The notes below the pieces were generated by a model that worked only from the letters and a program-made list of their open reading frames with translations, was not told where the DNA came from and did not search any database. From Thermoflexales bacterium (lineage in GTDB: Bacteria > Chloroflexota > Anaerolineae > Fen-1058), in assembly GCA_041740315.1 (NCBI GenBank), contig JBGSMF010000026.1, positions 1-25,607 on the forward strand: a DNA stretch of 25,607 bases, in the 5' to 3' direction. Position 1 is the first letter of the stretch, and every line of letters begins with the position of its first letter. This document shows positions 1-7,925 of the stretch, one piece after another. The position numbers and the translations under genes were made by a program.

Positions 1-130
1 TGCGTAATCCGGGCCATGCCGGCCGGTGAATCCGGTGGATGTCGGCCACCCATTCCGGGCCATGCCGGCCACCTGTTCCGGCGGCATGCCGGCCACTTTT
101 TGGGTATCGCCGGAATCGATGGCCGCCATG
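1..130. repeat. IS21 left terminal inverted repeat plus multiple sub-terminal repeats (putative IstA binding sites)
   Basis: The motif CCGGGCCATGCCGGCC(ACC) occurs at 9-24 and 55-73. Related copies are GATGTCGGCCACC at 38-50, GGCGGCATGCCGGCCAC at 80-96 and CGCCGGAATCGATGGCCGCC at 110-129. Confidence 0.6.
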
Positions 131-235
131 CTCCGGAATCGGCGAGAGAATTGTTGATCAAATAATAACAAGCGGCGCTGGCTAATCTTATCATTGTGTG
201 GCAAGCTTTGCTTCTGAAAAACACAGGAGGCAAAG

Positions 236-1771
236 ATGTCACAAGAAAGGTTAACCATGCGCAAAATACGCGAAGTACTTCGTTTGAAGTGGGAGTGCGG
301 ACTGAGCGAGCGAGCCATCGCCCGCAGTTGCAGCATTGCCCGCAGCACGGTGGGGGAATACGTGCGCCGGGCTGAGGCGGCCGGGCTGAGTTGGCCGCTT
401 CCGGCAGACTTGGATGAGGCCAGCCTTTTTCGACTCCTCTGCCCAACGCGAGAAGCCTCAAGCTCAAGAATCATTCCATGTCCTGATTGGTCGGTGATCC
501 ACACCGAGTTGCACAAGAAAAGTGTGACGTTGCGTTTGTTGTGGGTGGAGTATCGCGAAGCCCACCCAGGTGGCTATGGCTACAGCCAATTTTGCGAGCA
601 TTATCGCGAGTGGGCCAAGCGGCTCAAGCCCTCGATGCGTATCACTCACATCGGTGGGGAGAAGGCCTTTGACTATGCGGGCCAGACGGTGCCCATCGTC
701 AACCCTGAGACGGGCGAGGTGCGCCAGGCCCAAATCTTTGTGGGAGTGCTGGGGGCCAGTTCGTACACCTACGCCGAGGCGCACTGGAGCCAAGGCTTGC
801 CCAACTGGATTAGCGCCCACGTCCGAATGTTTGCTTTCATAGGTGGGGTGCCAGAGATCATTGTGCCGGACAATCTCAAGGCTGGAGTCACCCATCCCTG
901 CCGCTACGAGCCAGACTTGAATCCCACCTACCACGACCTGGCTCAACACTATGGCGTTGCCATCATTCCAGCCCGTGTCCGCAAACCCAAAGACAAAGCC
1001 AAAGCCGAAGTGGCGGTCCAAGTCGTCGAGCGGTGGATCCTGGCCCGCCTGCGTAACATGACCTTCTTCAGCCTGGCCAGTTTGAATCAGGCCATCCGTG
1101 AACTGCTGCAAGAACTCGACGCGCGCCCGATGCGGCACCTGGGCCGTTCCCGCCGCGAACTGTTTGAGGCGTTGGATCAACCCGCCCTCAAGCCGCTGCC
1201 TGAGCGACCGTACGAATTCGCGCTGTGGAAAAAGGCCAAAGTCAATATTGACTACCACGTCGAGTTCGAGCGGCACTATTACAGCGTTCCCTACACCTTG
1301 AGCCGCCAAACCGTATACGTGCGGGCGACCGAAAGCACCCTCGAAATCTTTTACCAAGGCCAGCGTATCGCCTCTCATCTTCGCTCGACTCTGCCAGGAC
1401 GGCTTTCCACCCAAACCGAGCATATGCCGCCCGCCCATCAACACTATCAAGAGTGGTCGCCTGACCGCTTTACCCGCTGGGCCCAGACCATTGGCCCACA
1501 CACCACCCAGCTCATCCAAGCGGTGCTAGGCTCTCGCAAGCACCCCCAACAGGCCTATCGCTCTTGCCTGGGTATCCTGCACCTCACTCAACGCTACGGC
1601 GAAGAGCGCCTGGAAGCCGCTTGCCGCCGCGCCCTGCCCGCCAGCATTTTCTCCTACAAAGGCCTCAAGAATATCCTGGCCGCCAAGCTCGACCAGGCCG
1701 AACCCGATGAATCATCCAGCGTGATTCCAAGCAGCCACGAAAACATTCGTGGTCAAAACTATTATACCTAA
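236..1771 (+). CDS. istA: IS21-family transposase IstA (N-terminal HTH plus DDE integrase core)
   Basis: 511-aa ORF with RBS CAGGAGG at 220-226, 9 nt before the ATG. The N-terminal HTH (LSERAIARSCSIARSTV) and overall length and architecture are typical of IstA. It is followed 13 nt later by an IstB-like ORF. Confidence 0.9.
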   Translation: MSQERLTMRKIREVLRLKWECGLSERAIARSCSIARSTVGEYVRRAEAAGLSWPLPADLDEASLFRLLCPTREASSSRIIPCPDWSVIHTELHKKSVTLRLLWVEYREAHPGGYGYSQFCEHYREWAKRLKPSMRITHIGGEKAFDYAGQTVPIVNPETGEVRQAQIFVGVLGASSYTYAEAHWSQGLPNWISAHVRMFAFIGGVPEIIVPDNLKAGVTHPCRYEPDLNPTYHDLAQHYGVAIIPARVRKPKDKAKAEVAVQVVERWILARLRNMTFFSLASLNQAIRELLQELDARPMRHLGRSRRELFEALDQPALKPLPERPYEFALWKKAKVNIDYHVEFERHYYSVPYTLSRQTVYVRATESTLEIFYQGQRIASHLRSTLPGRLSTQTEHMPPAHQHYQEWSPDRFTRWAQTIGPHTTQLIQAVLGSRKHPQQAYRSCLGILHLTQRYGEERLEAACRRALPASIFSYKGLKNILAAKLDQAEPDESSSVIPSSHENIRGQNYYT

Positions 1772-1783
1772 GGAGACTCCCTC

Positions 1784-2479
1784 ATGTTGATTCAACCCTT
1801 GCTCGATAAATTGACCCAACTCCGCTTGCCCGCTTTCCGGCTGGCCCTCGAAGAACAACTCCACAATACTCACTATGTTGAGATGTCCTTCGAGGATCGC
1901 CTGGGCTTGCTCATTGATTGTGAATGCACTCATCGTGACAACAAGCGCCTCCATCGCCGCCTCAAGGCCGCCAAGCTCCATCTGCCCGCCACCCTCGAAG
2001 ACCTTGACTTTTCTTCCTCGCGCGGCCCCGACCGCCGTCTCGTCCTCCAGTTAGCCCAAGCCGACTGGATCAATCAGCACCTCAATCTCCTCATCCTCGG
2101 CCCCACCGGCGTCGGAAAAACTTTCCTCTCGTGCGCCCTGGCTCACGCGGCGTGCCGCCACGACTTGTCTGTCCGCTACCATCGCACCTCGCGCCTCTTG
2201 CACCAGGCTACCCTCGCCCACGCTGATGGCTCTTACCCAAAGTTCCTCGATACCCTCGCTCGCTTTCAACTCCTCATCCTCGATGACTGGTTACGCGATC
2301 CCCTCTCGCGCGCCCAGTCTCAAGACCTGCTCGAAATCCTTGACGATCGTTATGCCCGCTCCTCGACCATGCTGGTCTCCCAGGTCCCCATCGCAGACTG
2401 GCACGCCCGTTTCCCAGACTCGAATACAACAGACTGCCACAGATTTGGATCGGTTAATCCGCCAAGTGACAGTCACTGA
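1784..2479 (+). pseudogene. istB: IstB helper ATPase, N-terminal approx 212 codons intact, then disrupted by an insertion (foreign 20-aa tail)
   Basis: Walker A GPTGVGKT and Walker B LLILDD are present. The IstB-like sequence ends at ...ADWHARFPD (codon ending 2419) and then reads into unrelated sequence. The missing IstB C-terminus reappears at 5016-5141. Confidence 0.8.
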
Positions 2480-2727
2480 TCCATCGCATCCTCTGTTCGG
2501 ACGTACTTTCTCCGTTGTGCGCTGCAGCTCTCCACGCGGCCGATCTTACTTGACCATTCAACTTCCAAACGGTCACCATCGATCCGTGCTGCGGTCAGCG
2601 ACTGACTTTGATGGGACAACCAGGCAAGTACCTGCCGGTCAAGACTTGCCGAGAATCTCGGTGCGGACTATCCTTCCTGTTGCTCAATGGGTTCGAACCA
2701 AGTTAGCTGCAACAGAGGAGGTTTACT

Positions 2728-2931
2728 ATGACGCTCTACCCGGCCCTGTCGACCAAGCCGACCCCGTCGTCATCCCTGCCACGGATCAAGGAACAGAACA
2801 ACCCCTTGCCGTCGATTTGGGACAAACTGGATCTACACCATCAACGCCAAGTGGCTCAACATCTAGCCCAACTGATTCGGCGCATCCGGTTACAGGCGCA
2901 TTGCCTGGAGGCAAACAATGAGCAGTCTTGA
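2728..2931 (+). CDS. Possible small ORF (67 aa) overlapping the start of the recombinase gene; function unknown
   Basis: Strong RBS AGAGGAGG 7 nt upstream of the ATG. The stop overlaps the recombinase start by 14 nt. The N-terminal half is low-complexity and Pro/Ser-rich, so this may not be a real gene. Confidence 0.3.
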   Translation: MTLYPALSTKPTPSSSLPRIKEQNNPLPSIWDKLDLHHQRQVAQHLAQLIRRIRLQAHCLEANNEQS

Positions 2932-5014
2932 TATGTTTCCGTCCAAGGTGACTACTGCACATCGGGCGAAACTGGCCTATGTGTATATCCGCCAGTCGTC
3001 GCTGAGTCAGGTAACCCGGCATGCCGAGAGTACAGATCTGCAATATCGCTTGGTTGAGCGGGCTGTTCAACTGGGTTGGCCACGTGAACGAGTCAAGGTC
3101 ATTGATGAAGACTTGGGCAAGTCAGGCGCATCGGCCGAACATCGTCTAGGCTTTCAACATCTCATGGCCGAGATTGGCCTAGGTCATGTTGGACTGGTCT
3201 TGAGCCTGGATGCCTCCCGACTGGCCCGAAACAATAGTGACTGGTATCAACTGCTAGAGTTGTGCTCGCTTTTTTACACTCTCATTGCAGATAGCGAAAG
3301 TCTGTATGACCCATCCGGCTATTCGGATCGGTTGTTGCTGGGGCTCTCGGGGATGATGAGTGAGGCTGAGCTTCACCAACTCAAGCTGCGCTTGCACGCA
3401 GGAGAACGTCACAAGGCTGAACGGGGCGAACTGCGCCAGCCTCTCCCGGTCGGATTGACTCGCTTGCGGAGTGGCGAGGTCACCCTGAATCCTGACGAGG
3501 AAATCCAGTCGTGCATTCTCTTGGTCTTCCAAAAGTTCAAAGAACTGGGAACAGCCGCCGGTGTTGTACACTACTTGCATCGCGAGAATCTGCTTTTGCC
3601 ATCTCGTCCTTTGCGCGGGCCAGCCCCCCACGAGGTGATCTGGCAGCCTGCCCGTAGCAGTGCTGTGTTAGATATCTTGCATAATCCCGCTTATGCCGGC
3701 GCTTATGTTTACGGCCGTCAGGCTCACGACCCGACCCGCCGCAAGCCAGGCCGCCCTCGTACAGGCACTGTTCGTCTTCCCGTTGACAAATGGTCCATTC
3801 TTCTCCATAATAGATATCCAGCGTACATCACCTGGGAAGAGTTCTTGGCTAATCAAGCTCGACTCCAATCCAATCAAAATCGTTACAAAGAGGGCAAGCC
3901 TGGCGCGCCCCGAAAAGGGCAGGCTCTACTACAAGGTATCGTGATCTGCGGCCGTTGTGGGGCACGCATGCGGTTGCGTTATTCGGGCCCCAACGGCGAG
4001 TTCCCGGTCTACGAATGCATCTATGCTTATAGCCAGCAAAGAGGGTCACGCTGCCAAGAGGTACGTGGACTCGGTCTGGATGATGAAGTCGAGCGGCTGG
4101 TCTTGGAAGCGCTAGCACCCGATCAGATCACCATAGCTGTGGCTGCCCTGGAGCAATTGGAACAAGAAAACGCAGCTCTACGCAAACAATCGCAACTTCA
4201 CCTGGAGCGTGCCCAGTACGAAGCTGAACGAGCACATCGCCAGTATGAAGCCGTGGAACCCGAGAATCGGCTGGTAGCTCGGACACTTGAACGGCAGTGG
4301 GAGGACAAGTTACGTGCCGCGGAAAAGGCTGAACAAGATTATCAACTCTGGCTCCAACAACACCGCCTAGAACTCACTGCGACGGATCGGCAAGACATTC
4401 TCGCCCTTGGCCAAGATCTGCCCACGCTCTGGATAGCACCGACGACCAGTTCAGCCGATCGGAAACATATCCTTCGTTTGGTCGTCAAGGAGGTAATCGT
4501 CGATCAACATCGCGCTCGTGGAAAAGTGTGGGTACAGATCAATTGGCAAACTGGTGCAAGCAGCGAACACTGGTACATCCGCCGTGTCTTCAGCTACGAG
4601 GATCATGCCGATCTTGAGCGGCTGGAGATGCGCGTACGTGAAATGCATGCAGAGCAGAAAATGGACAAAGAAATTGCGGCGACCTTGAATGCAGAGGATT
4701 TTCGGACGGCGCGTGGTCAGCTGTTCGATGGCAAAACGGTCTGGTTGCTGCGGCAACAATTGGGGGTACCTTCAGTCAAACCCAACGGCCCGCATCCTAT
4801 ATGTTGGCCGGATGATACTTACTCGGTCGAAGGCGCAGCGGCAGCCATCGGTGTATTTCCAGGTACGATCTACAAATGGCTCAGAGAGGGTCAACTCGAG
4901 GGAGAACAGATGGGCAAAGGCTTACCCTGGAAAATCCCCCTGACCCAGGAACAAATCACTTCTCTACAAGATTATGTCAAGCGAGTCAGGCGTTCCAAAA
5001 AGGAGGTATCATGA
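2918..5014 (+). CDS. Large serine recombinase (resolvase catalytic domain + recombinase domain + zinc-ribbon/coiled-coil) with an extra C-terminal excisionase/AlpA-like HTH
   Basis: RBS GGAGG 6 nt upstream. The N-terminus reads LAYVYIRQSSLSQV...VLSLDASRLARN, a serine-recombinase catalytic motif. A Cys4 zinc ribbon (CGRCGARM...YECIYAYSQQRGSRC) is followed by a long coiled coil. The C-terminal ~60 aa contain an HTH_17-like helix (AAAAIGVFPGTIYKWLREGQL). Confidence 0.9.
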   Translation: MSSLDMFPSKVTTAHRAKLAYVYIRQSSLSQVTRHAESTDLQYRLVERAVQLGWPRERVKVIDEDLGKSGASAEHRLGFQHLMAEIGLGHVGLVLSLDASRLARNNSDWYQLLELCSLFYTLIADSESLYDPSGYSDRLLLGLSGMMSEAELHQLKLRLHAGERHKAERGELRQPLPVGLTRLRSGEVTLNPDEEIQSCILLVFQKFKELGTAAGVVHYLHRENLLLPSRPLRGPAPHEVIWQPARSSAVLDILHNPAYAGAYVYGRQAHDPTRRKPGRPRTGTVRLPVDKWSILLHNRYPAYITWEEFLANQARLQSNQNRYKEGKPGAPRKGQALLQGIVICGRCGARMRLRYSGPNGEFPVYECIYAYSQQRGSRCQEVRGLGLDDEVERLVLEALAPDQITIAVAALEQLEQENAALRKQSQLHLERAQYEAERAHRQYEAVEPENRLVARTLERQWEDKLRAAEKAEQDYQLWLQQHRLELTATDRQDILALGQDLPTLWIAPTTSSADRKHILRLVVKEVIVDQHRARGKVWVQINWQTGASSEHWYIRRVFSYEDHADLERLEMRVREMHAEQKMDKEIAATLNAEDFRTARGQLFDGKTVWLLRQQLGVPSVKPNGPHPICWPDDTYSVEGAAAAIGVFPGTIYKWLREGQLEGEQMGKGLPWKIPLTQEQITSLQDYVKRVRRSKKEVS

Positions 5015-5015
5015 A

Positions 5016-5141
5016 ATCTTCGGCGACCCCACTCTCGGCGATGCCATTCTCGACCGCCTGGTCCATAACGCTTATCGGATCAATCTGAAGGGGGAATCCC
5101 GCCGAAAAACCAAATCCCCCTTGCCCATGTCGGCCACTTGA
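5016..5141 (+). pseudogene. istB: IstB C-terminal fragment displaced by the nested insertion
   Basis: The frame-0 translation is ...IFGDPTLGDAILDRLVHNAYRINLKGESRRKTKSPLPMSAT*. This matches the conserved IstB C-terminal motif (DPTLADAILDRL.H.A..I.L.GES.R). It has no start codon of its own. Confidence 0.75.
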
Positions 5142-5227
5142 TGGTATCATGTCTATGCTAGCGCCGCTTCATCTCAACGAGTGGCCGACATGGCCGGAAC
5201 TCATGGCCGACATCGCCGGAATACGCA
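5141..5227. repeat. IS21 right terminal inverted repeat with sub-terminal repeats
   Basis: GTGGCCGACATGGCCGGAAC (5181-5200) and CATGGCCGACATCGCCGGAATACGCA (5202-5227). The terminal 23 nt are the reverse complement of the left end, with 3 mismatches. Confidence 0.6.
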
Positions 5228-5532
5228 ATCAAGATTGGTTCCGTATTGAGGCCGCAGCAGGCAGTAGGGTTATTGTACAGACGATGAACCTCACTGGAGG
5301 CGCTGATACTATTGTAGAAATTTACGATGCCGCCGGAATGTTATTGCTGGCCACAGATGACAATAGCGGGGATGGACAAGCTTCATATTTGGAATGGCAG
5401 CCGCAGGCCTCAGATACCTATCATATTCGCGTGGTTGCAGCTCCAACAAGTGCGTATGGATGCAACGTTGGTTATGATCTCGCTGTAACACAAAATATTG
5501 CATTGTTCTTGCCGCTTATAGTCCGAGAATAG
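5228..5532 (+). pseudogene. 3' remnant of a gene truncated by the IS insertion: C-terminal pre-peptidase (PPC / bacterial collagenase-type) beta-sandwich domain
   Basis: The reading frame runs straight out of the IS end into ...DWFRIEAAAGSRVIVQTMNLTGGADTIVEIYDAAGMLLLATDDNSGDGQASYLEWQPQASDTYHIRVVAAPTSAYGCNVGYDLAVT. The hydrophobic and Gly pattern (DT.L.LYD..G..LA.DDDSG.G..S.L...GTYYI.V..Y......Y.L.V) is typical of PPC domains found at the C-termini of secreted proteases. The 5' part of the gene would lie upstream of position 1. Confidence 0.6.
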
Positions 5533-5631
5533 TTACGACAGCGCGTTTGCCAACGCAAATCGGTGGGGCCAAAGCGTCGGATAAGCTATCAGTGTGCAAG
5601 CAGCCAGCAAATGCACGATGAGGGATAAAGA

Positions 5632-5844
5632 ATGTCTATGGTAATTACTTGTCCATTCTGTAACCATAACGAATTTGCAGTGATTGAAAGTTGCATGGTA
5701 GAACTTGCGACTTGGAGCAAAAAAGGACTTGGGAACGTTTGGAGGCCCAATTTTGATTTGAAAATATGCAAACAATGTGGGTACACAGCCTGGTTTGCGT
5801 GCCCCGATGACAGGCTTGAACAAGTTAATTACAAGAGCGAATGA
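5632..5844 (+). CDS. Small zinc-ribbon protein (70 aa), hypothetical
   Basis: Two Cys pairs, CPFC...(42 aa)...CKQC, plus an extra C. RBS GAGGGA 6 nt upstream. It lies in a distinctly AT-rich islet (5540-5900) and is followed by a 12-bp inverted repeat (5847-5858 / 5871-5882). Confidence 0.45.
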   Translation: MSMVITCPFCNHNEFAVIESCMVELATWSKKGLGNVWRPNFDLKICKQCGYTAWFACPDDRLEQVNYKSE

Positions 5845-5903
5845 AGCGCGAGCCAAGCCGCTCATGCGAGTGGGCTTGGCTCGCCGTCAATAAGGAGTGA
5901 TTT

Positions 5904-6917
5904 GTGCAAGCAGTCATTTTTCCTGCTCCGAATAGAATTGTCCTGGAACAAGTCGCCGATCCTCGCTGTGAGGCGGATGAGGTCGTCGTGCAAGTAAGCC
6001 AAGCGGGGATTTGCGGCACCGATTTGCACATTTATCGCAACGAGTATAACAGCACCTTCCCACTGATAGCGGGTCACGAATTCACCGGGGAAATTGTCCA
6101 GGTGGGTCAACACGCCAGCCAGTTCCATATTGGTGAACGGGTAGCGGTTGATCCAAACCTTTATTGTGGGCAGTGTTACTTTTGCCGCCAGCAACAAGCC
6201 AATCATTGTCTGAACTGGCAGGGAGTGGGAATTACCCGCCCAGGAGGATTTGCAGAGTATGTGGCCGTGCCGGCTTGCGCGTGTTACTCAGTTCCTGATC
6301 ACTTGACCGATGCGCAGGCGGCCTTTATCGAGCCTCTCTCGTGCGTCATTCATGCTCTGAATCGCTTGCGTGTCTGGCCGGGCAATGACGTACTGATTTT
6401 TGGGGCGGGGCCAATGGGTTTGTTGTTGGTCCAGGCCCTACGTCACAGTGGGGCGTCGCAAGTAGTAGTGGTGGAGAAAGAGCCTAATCGTCGGAGCTTG
6501 GCGCAGCGCATGGGAGCTACTGCCACACTGGCTGCCGATCCATCTCAAATGGAACGCTTGCGGGAACTCTCTCCCTATGGATTTGCCATCGTCATAGATG
6601 CCACGGGGGTGCCGGCGGTTATTGAGCAGGCGCTCTGTTTTCTGAGACCGCGTGGGCAATACTTGCAGTTTGGTGTGGCTCCGCAGGGGGTGACTATCCA
6701 GTGGTCGCCTTATGAGATATTCCGCAATGATTGGACGATCTTGGGCAGTTTTGCGCTTTGTTATACGTTTCAGTCAGCGATAGCGTGGCTTGCGAATGGA
6801 ATAGTGGATATCACGTCGCTGGTCAGTCATACACTTCCGCTGGCCGAGTTCTCTCGCGGCTTTCAAGACTTTGCGGATGGTCGGACATTGAAGGTGCACA
6901 TTCGCCCTAAAGGATGA
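5904..6917 (+). CDS. Zn-dependent medium-chain dehydrogenase/reductase (L-threonine 3-dehydrogenase / sorbitol dehydrogenase-like)
   Basis: GTG start with RBS AAGGAG 7 nt upstream. Catalytic Zn motif [10 protein letters not shown]...[12 protein letters not shown]. Structural Zn site [15 protein letters not shown]. Rossmann motif GAGPMG. Confidence 0.85.
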   Translation: MQAVIFPAPNRIVLEQVADPRCEADEVVVQVSQAGICGTDLHIYRNEYNSTFPLIAGHEFTGEIVQVGQHASQFHIGERVAVDPNLYCGQCYFCRQQQANHCLNWQGVGITRPGGFAEYVAVPACACYSVPDHLTDAQAAFIEPLSCVIHALNRLRVWPGNDVLIFGAGPMGLLLVQALRHSGASQVVVVEKEPNRRSLAQRMGATATLAADPSQMERLRELSPYGFAIVIDATGVPAVIEQALCFLRPRGQYLQFGVAPQGVTIQWSPYEIFRNDWTILGSFALCYTFQSAIAWLANGIVDITSLVSHTLPLAEFSRGFQDFADGRTLKVHIRPKG

Positions 6918-7160
6918 GCGAAAAACTGTTGGCCGGATACGAGAGATGAATCCTCTTCATGAAAACTCTGCCCTGCTCATTTGATTGCCACAATCGCAAC
7001 TTGATGTTGTTACACACTTGCCCATGTTCATTGAGTGATGCCAAAATCCTGTGTTATTCGGTGAGCGGCTAGGCAGGCAGAGATCATGGCCAATGAACCC
7101 CACTGATCACAAGCTTGGCACTGACCCTCGAAATCACCCCAACTTTCAAGTTCATCCGCC

Positions 7161-7604
7161 TTATCTAGAACTTTCTGGCAGATCTATGCCTCGCACGCTG
7201 TCCAGGTGAAGCATTAGGCTCTGGCTGTCCTCTGGCAACTCGCCCTCATCGCTCTCGTCCAGCGAGGGCGCAAACACAAACTCCATACAGCCATCCGGCG
7301 CATCCTCAGAAAGTGGGACAAAAGCCAACGCAAAGAGGTACAGTCCAGCAATGCCTTCTAGAAATTCGTCGGCATCCTCGATCTGGAGCGGCTCGCCGCA
7401 GTCGGGGCAAAGCAAGGGCAGAGCATAGCCATTGGCAAAGACCAGCCTGGTAGGCGCGTCCTCAAGGGCAGGGATAACGTCTACCACTTGTTGCGCGCCG
7501 ATGAGGTCATTTGTGTATTCGATCACGCAGCAGTAATTCTCGCCGATGTCAATCATCGGGCAATTGTGCTCGCCACACGTCACCAGACCATCCAAAAGTG
7601 CCAT
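7161..7604 (-). CDS. Hypothetical acidic protein with Cys pairs (CGEHNCP, CPDCGE)
   Basis: 147-aa ORF with RBS GAAGGA 7 nt upstream on the minus strand. It is divergent from the downstream gene. No recognisable family. Confidence 0.5.
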   Translation of the reverse strand: MALLDGLVTCGEHNCPMIDIGENYCCVIEYTNDLIGAQQVVDVIPALEDAPTRLVFANGYALPLLCPDCGEPLQIEDADEFLEGIAGLYLFALAFVPLSEDAPDGCMEFVFAPSLDESDEGELPEDSQSLMLHLDSVRGIDLPESSR

Positions 7605-7925
7605 AGGCTAGTCCTTCTTTGCTGTGTGTATGCCAAAGCCTGTTGCACGGTCTCTTCCACTTCAAATGCACCCCACAGTGGCAGTGCATCTTCGCGTGGC
7701 TTAGATGGCAACCGCACGTTGGTCAATCGTCACGGGCTACTCCACAACAACCTGATATGCTGCCAGCTATTTTACTCTCATAGCTTACAAGTGGCAACTT
7801 GATTTTGGCAATGCGAGGACACTCGAGTTTAGCGTATAGCCTAGCTCACTTGTGCCATCTTGAACATCTTCCTAATGTGGTAAAATAAATACTAATCGTT
7901 GACCATTCAATCGGAGCAGCGTTCG

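Larger units (their letters stand above)
2420..5027 (+). mobile_element. Nested ~2.6 kb element inserted in istB, encoding only a large serine recombinase (boundaries approximate, ±5 bp)
   Basis: Removing this interval rejoins the two IstB fragments in frame as ...HARFPD|PTLGDAILDRLVHNAYRINLKGESRRK, the conserved IstB C-terminus. The interval holds ~500 bp of non-coding sequence with several short hairpins, a possible small ORF and a 698-aa serine recombinase. No terminal inverted repeats or target duplication are seen, which is consistent with serine-recombinase (att-site) integration. GAC is shared at both junctions. Confidence 0.5.
1..5227 (+). mobile_element. IS21-family insertion sequence (istA-istB), carrying a nested insert inside istB
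   Basis: The left end (1-24, TGCGTAATCCGGGCCATGCCGGCC) matches the reverse complement of the right end (5205-5227, TGCGTATTCCGGCGATGTCGGCC). Both begin with TG and sit among several sub-terminal repeat copies, as in IS21-family elements. IstA- and IstB-like ORFs lie inside in the usual order. The window begins exactly at the IR, so a target-site duplication cannot be assessed. Confidence 0.8.

Noticed and set aside
464-1519. 351-aa ORF on the minus strand
   Set aside because: It is entirely antisense to istA, has a GC-rich alternative-frame composition (Gly/Ala/Arg/Pro-rich) and no RBS. A spurious ORF typical of high-GC DNA.
2689-2698. GGTTCGAACC, resembling a tRNA T-arm (GGTTCGAATCC), inside the nested element's non-coding region; a possible tRNA fragment or LSR att site
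   Set aside because: No acceptor stem or other tRNA arms can be folded around it. The decamer is itself a simple palindrome. No tRNA gene is supported.
2226-2921. 231-aa ORF continuing from inside istB into the nested element
   Set aside because: The first part is an alternative frame of istB. The rest is low-complexity (PSTPSGSTSSPTDS) with no start or RBS context. Probably not coding.
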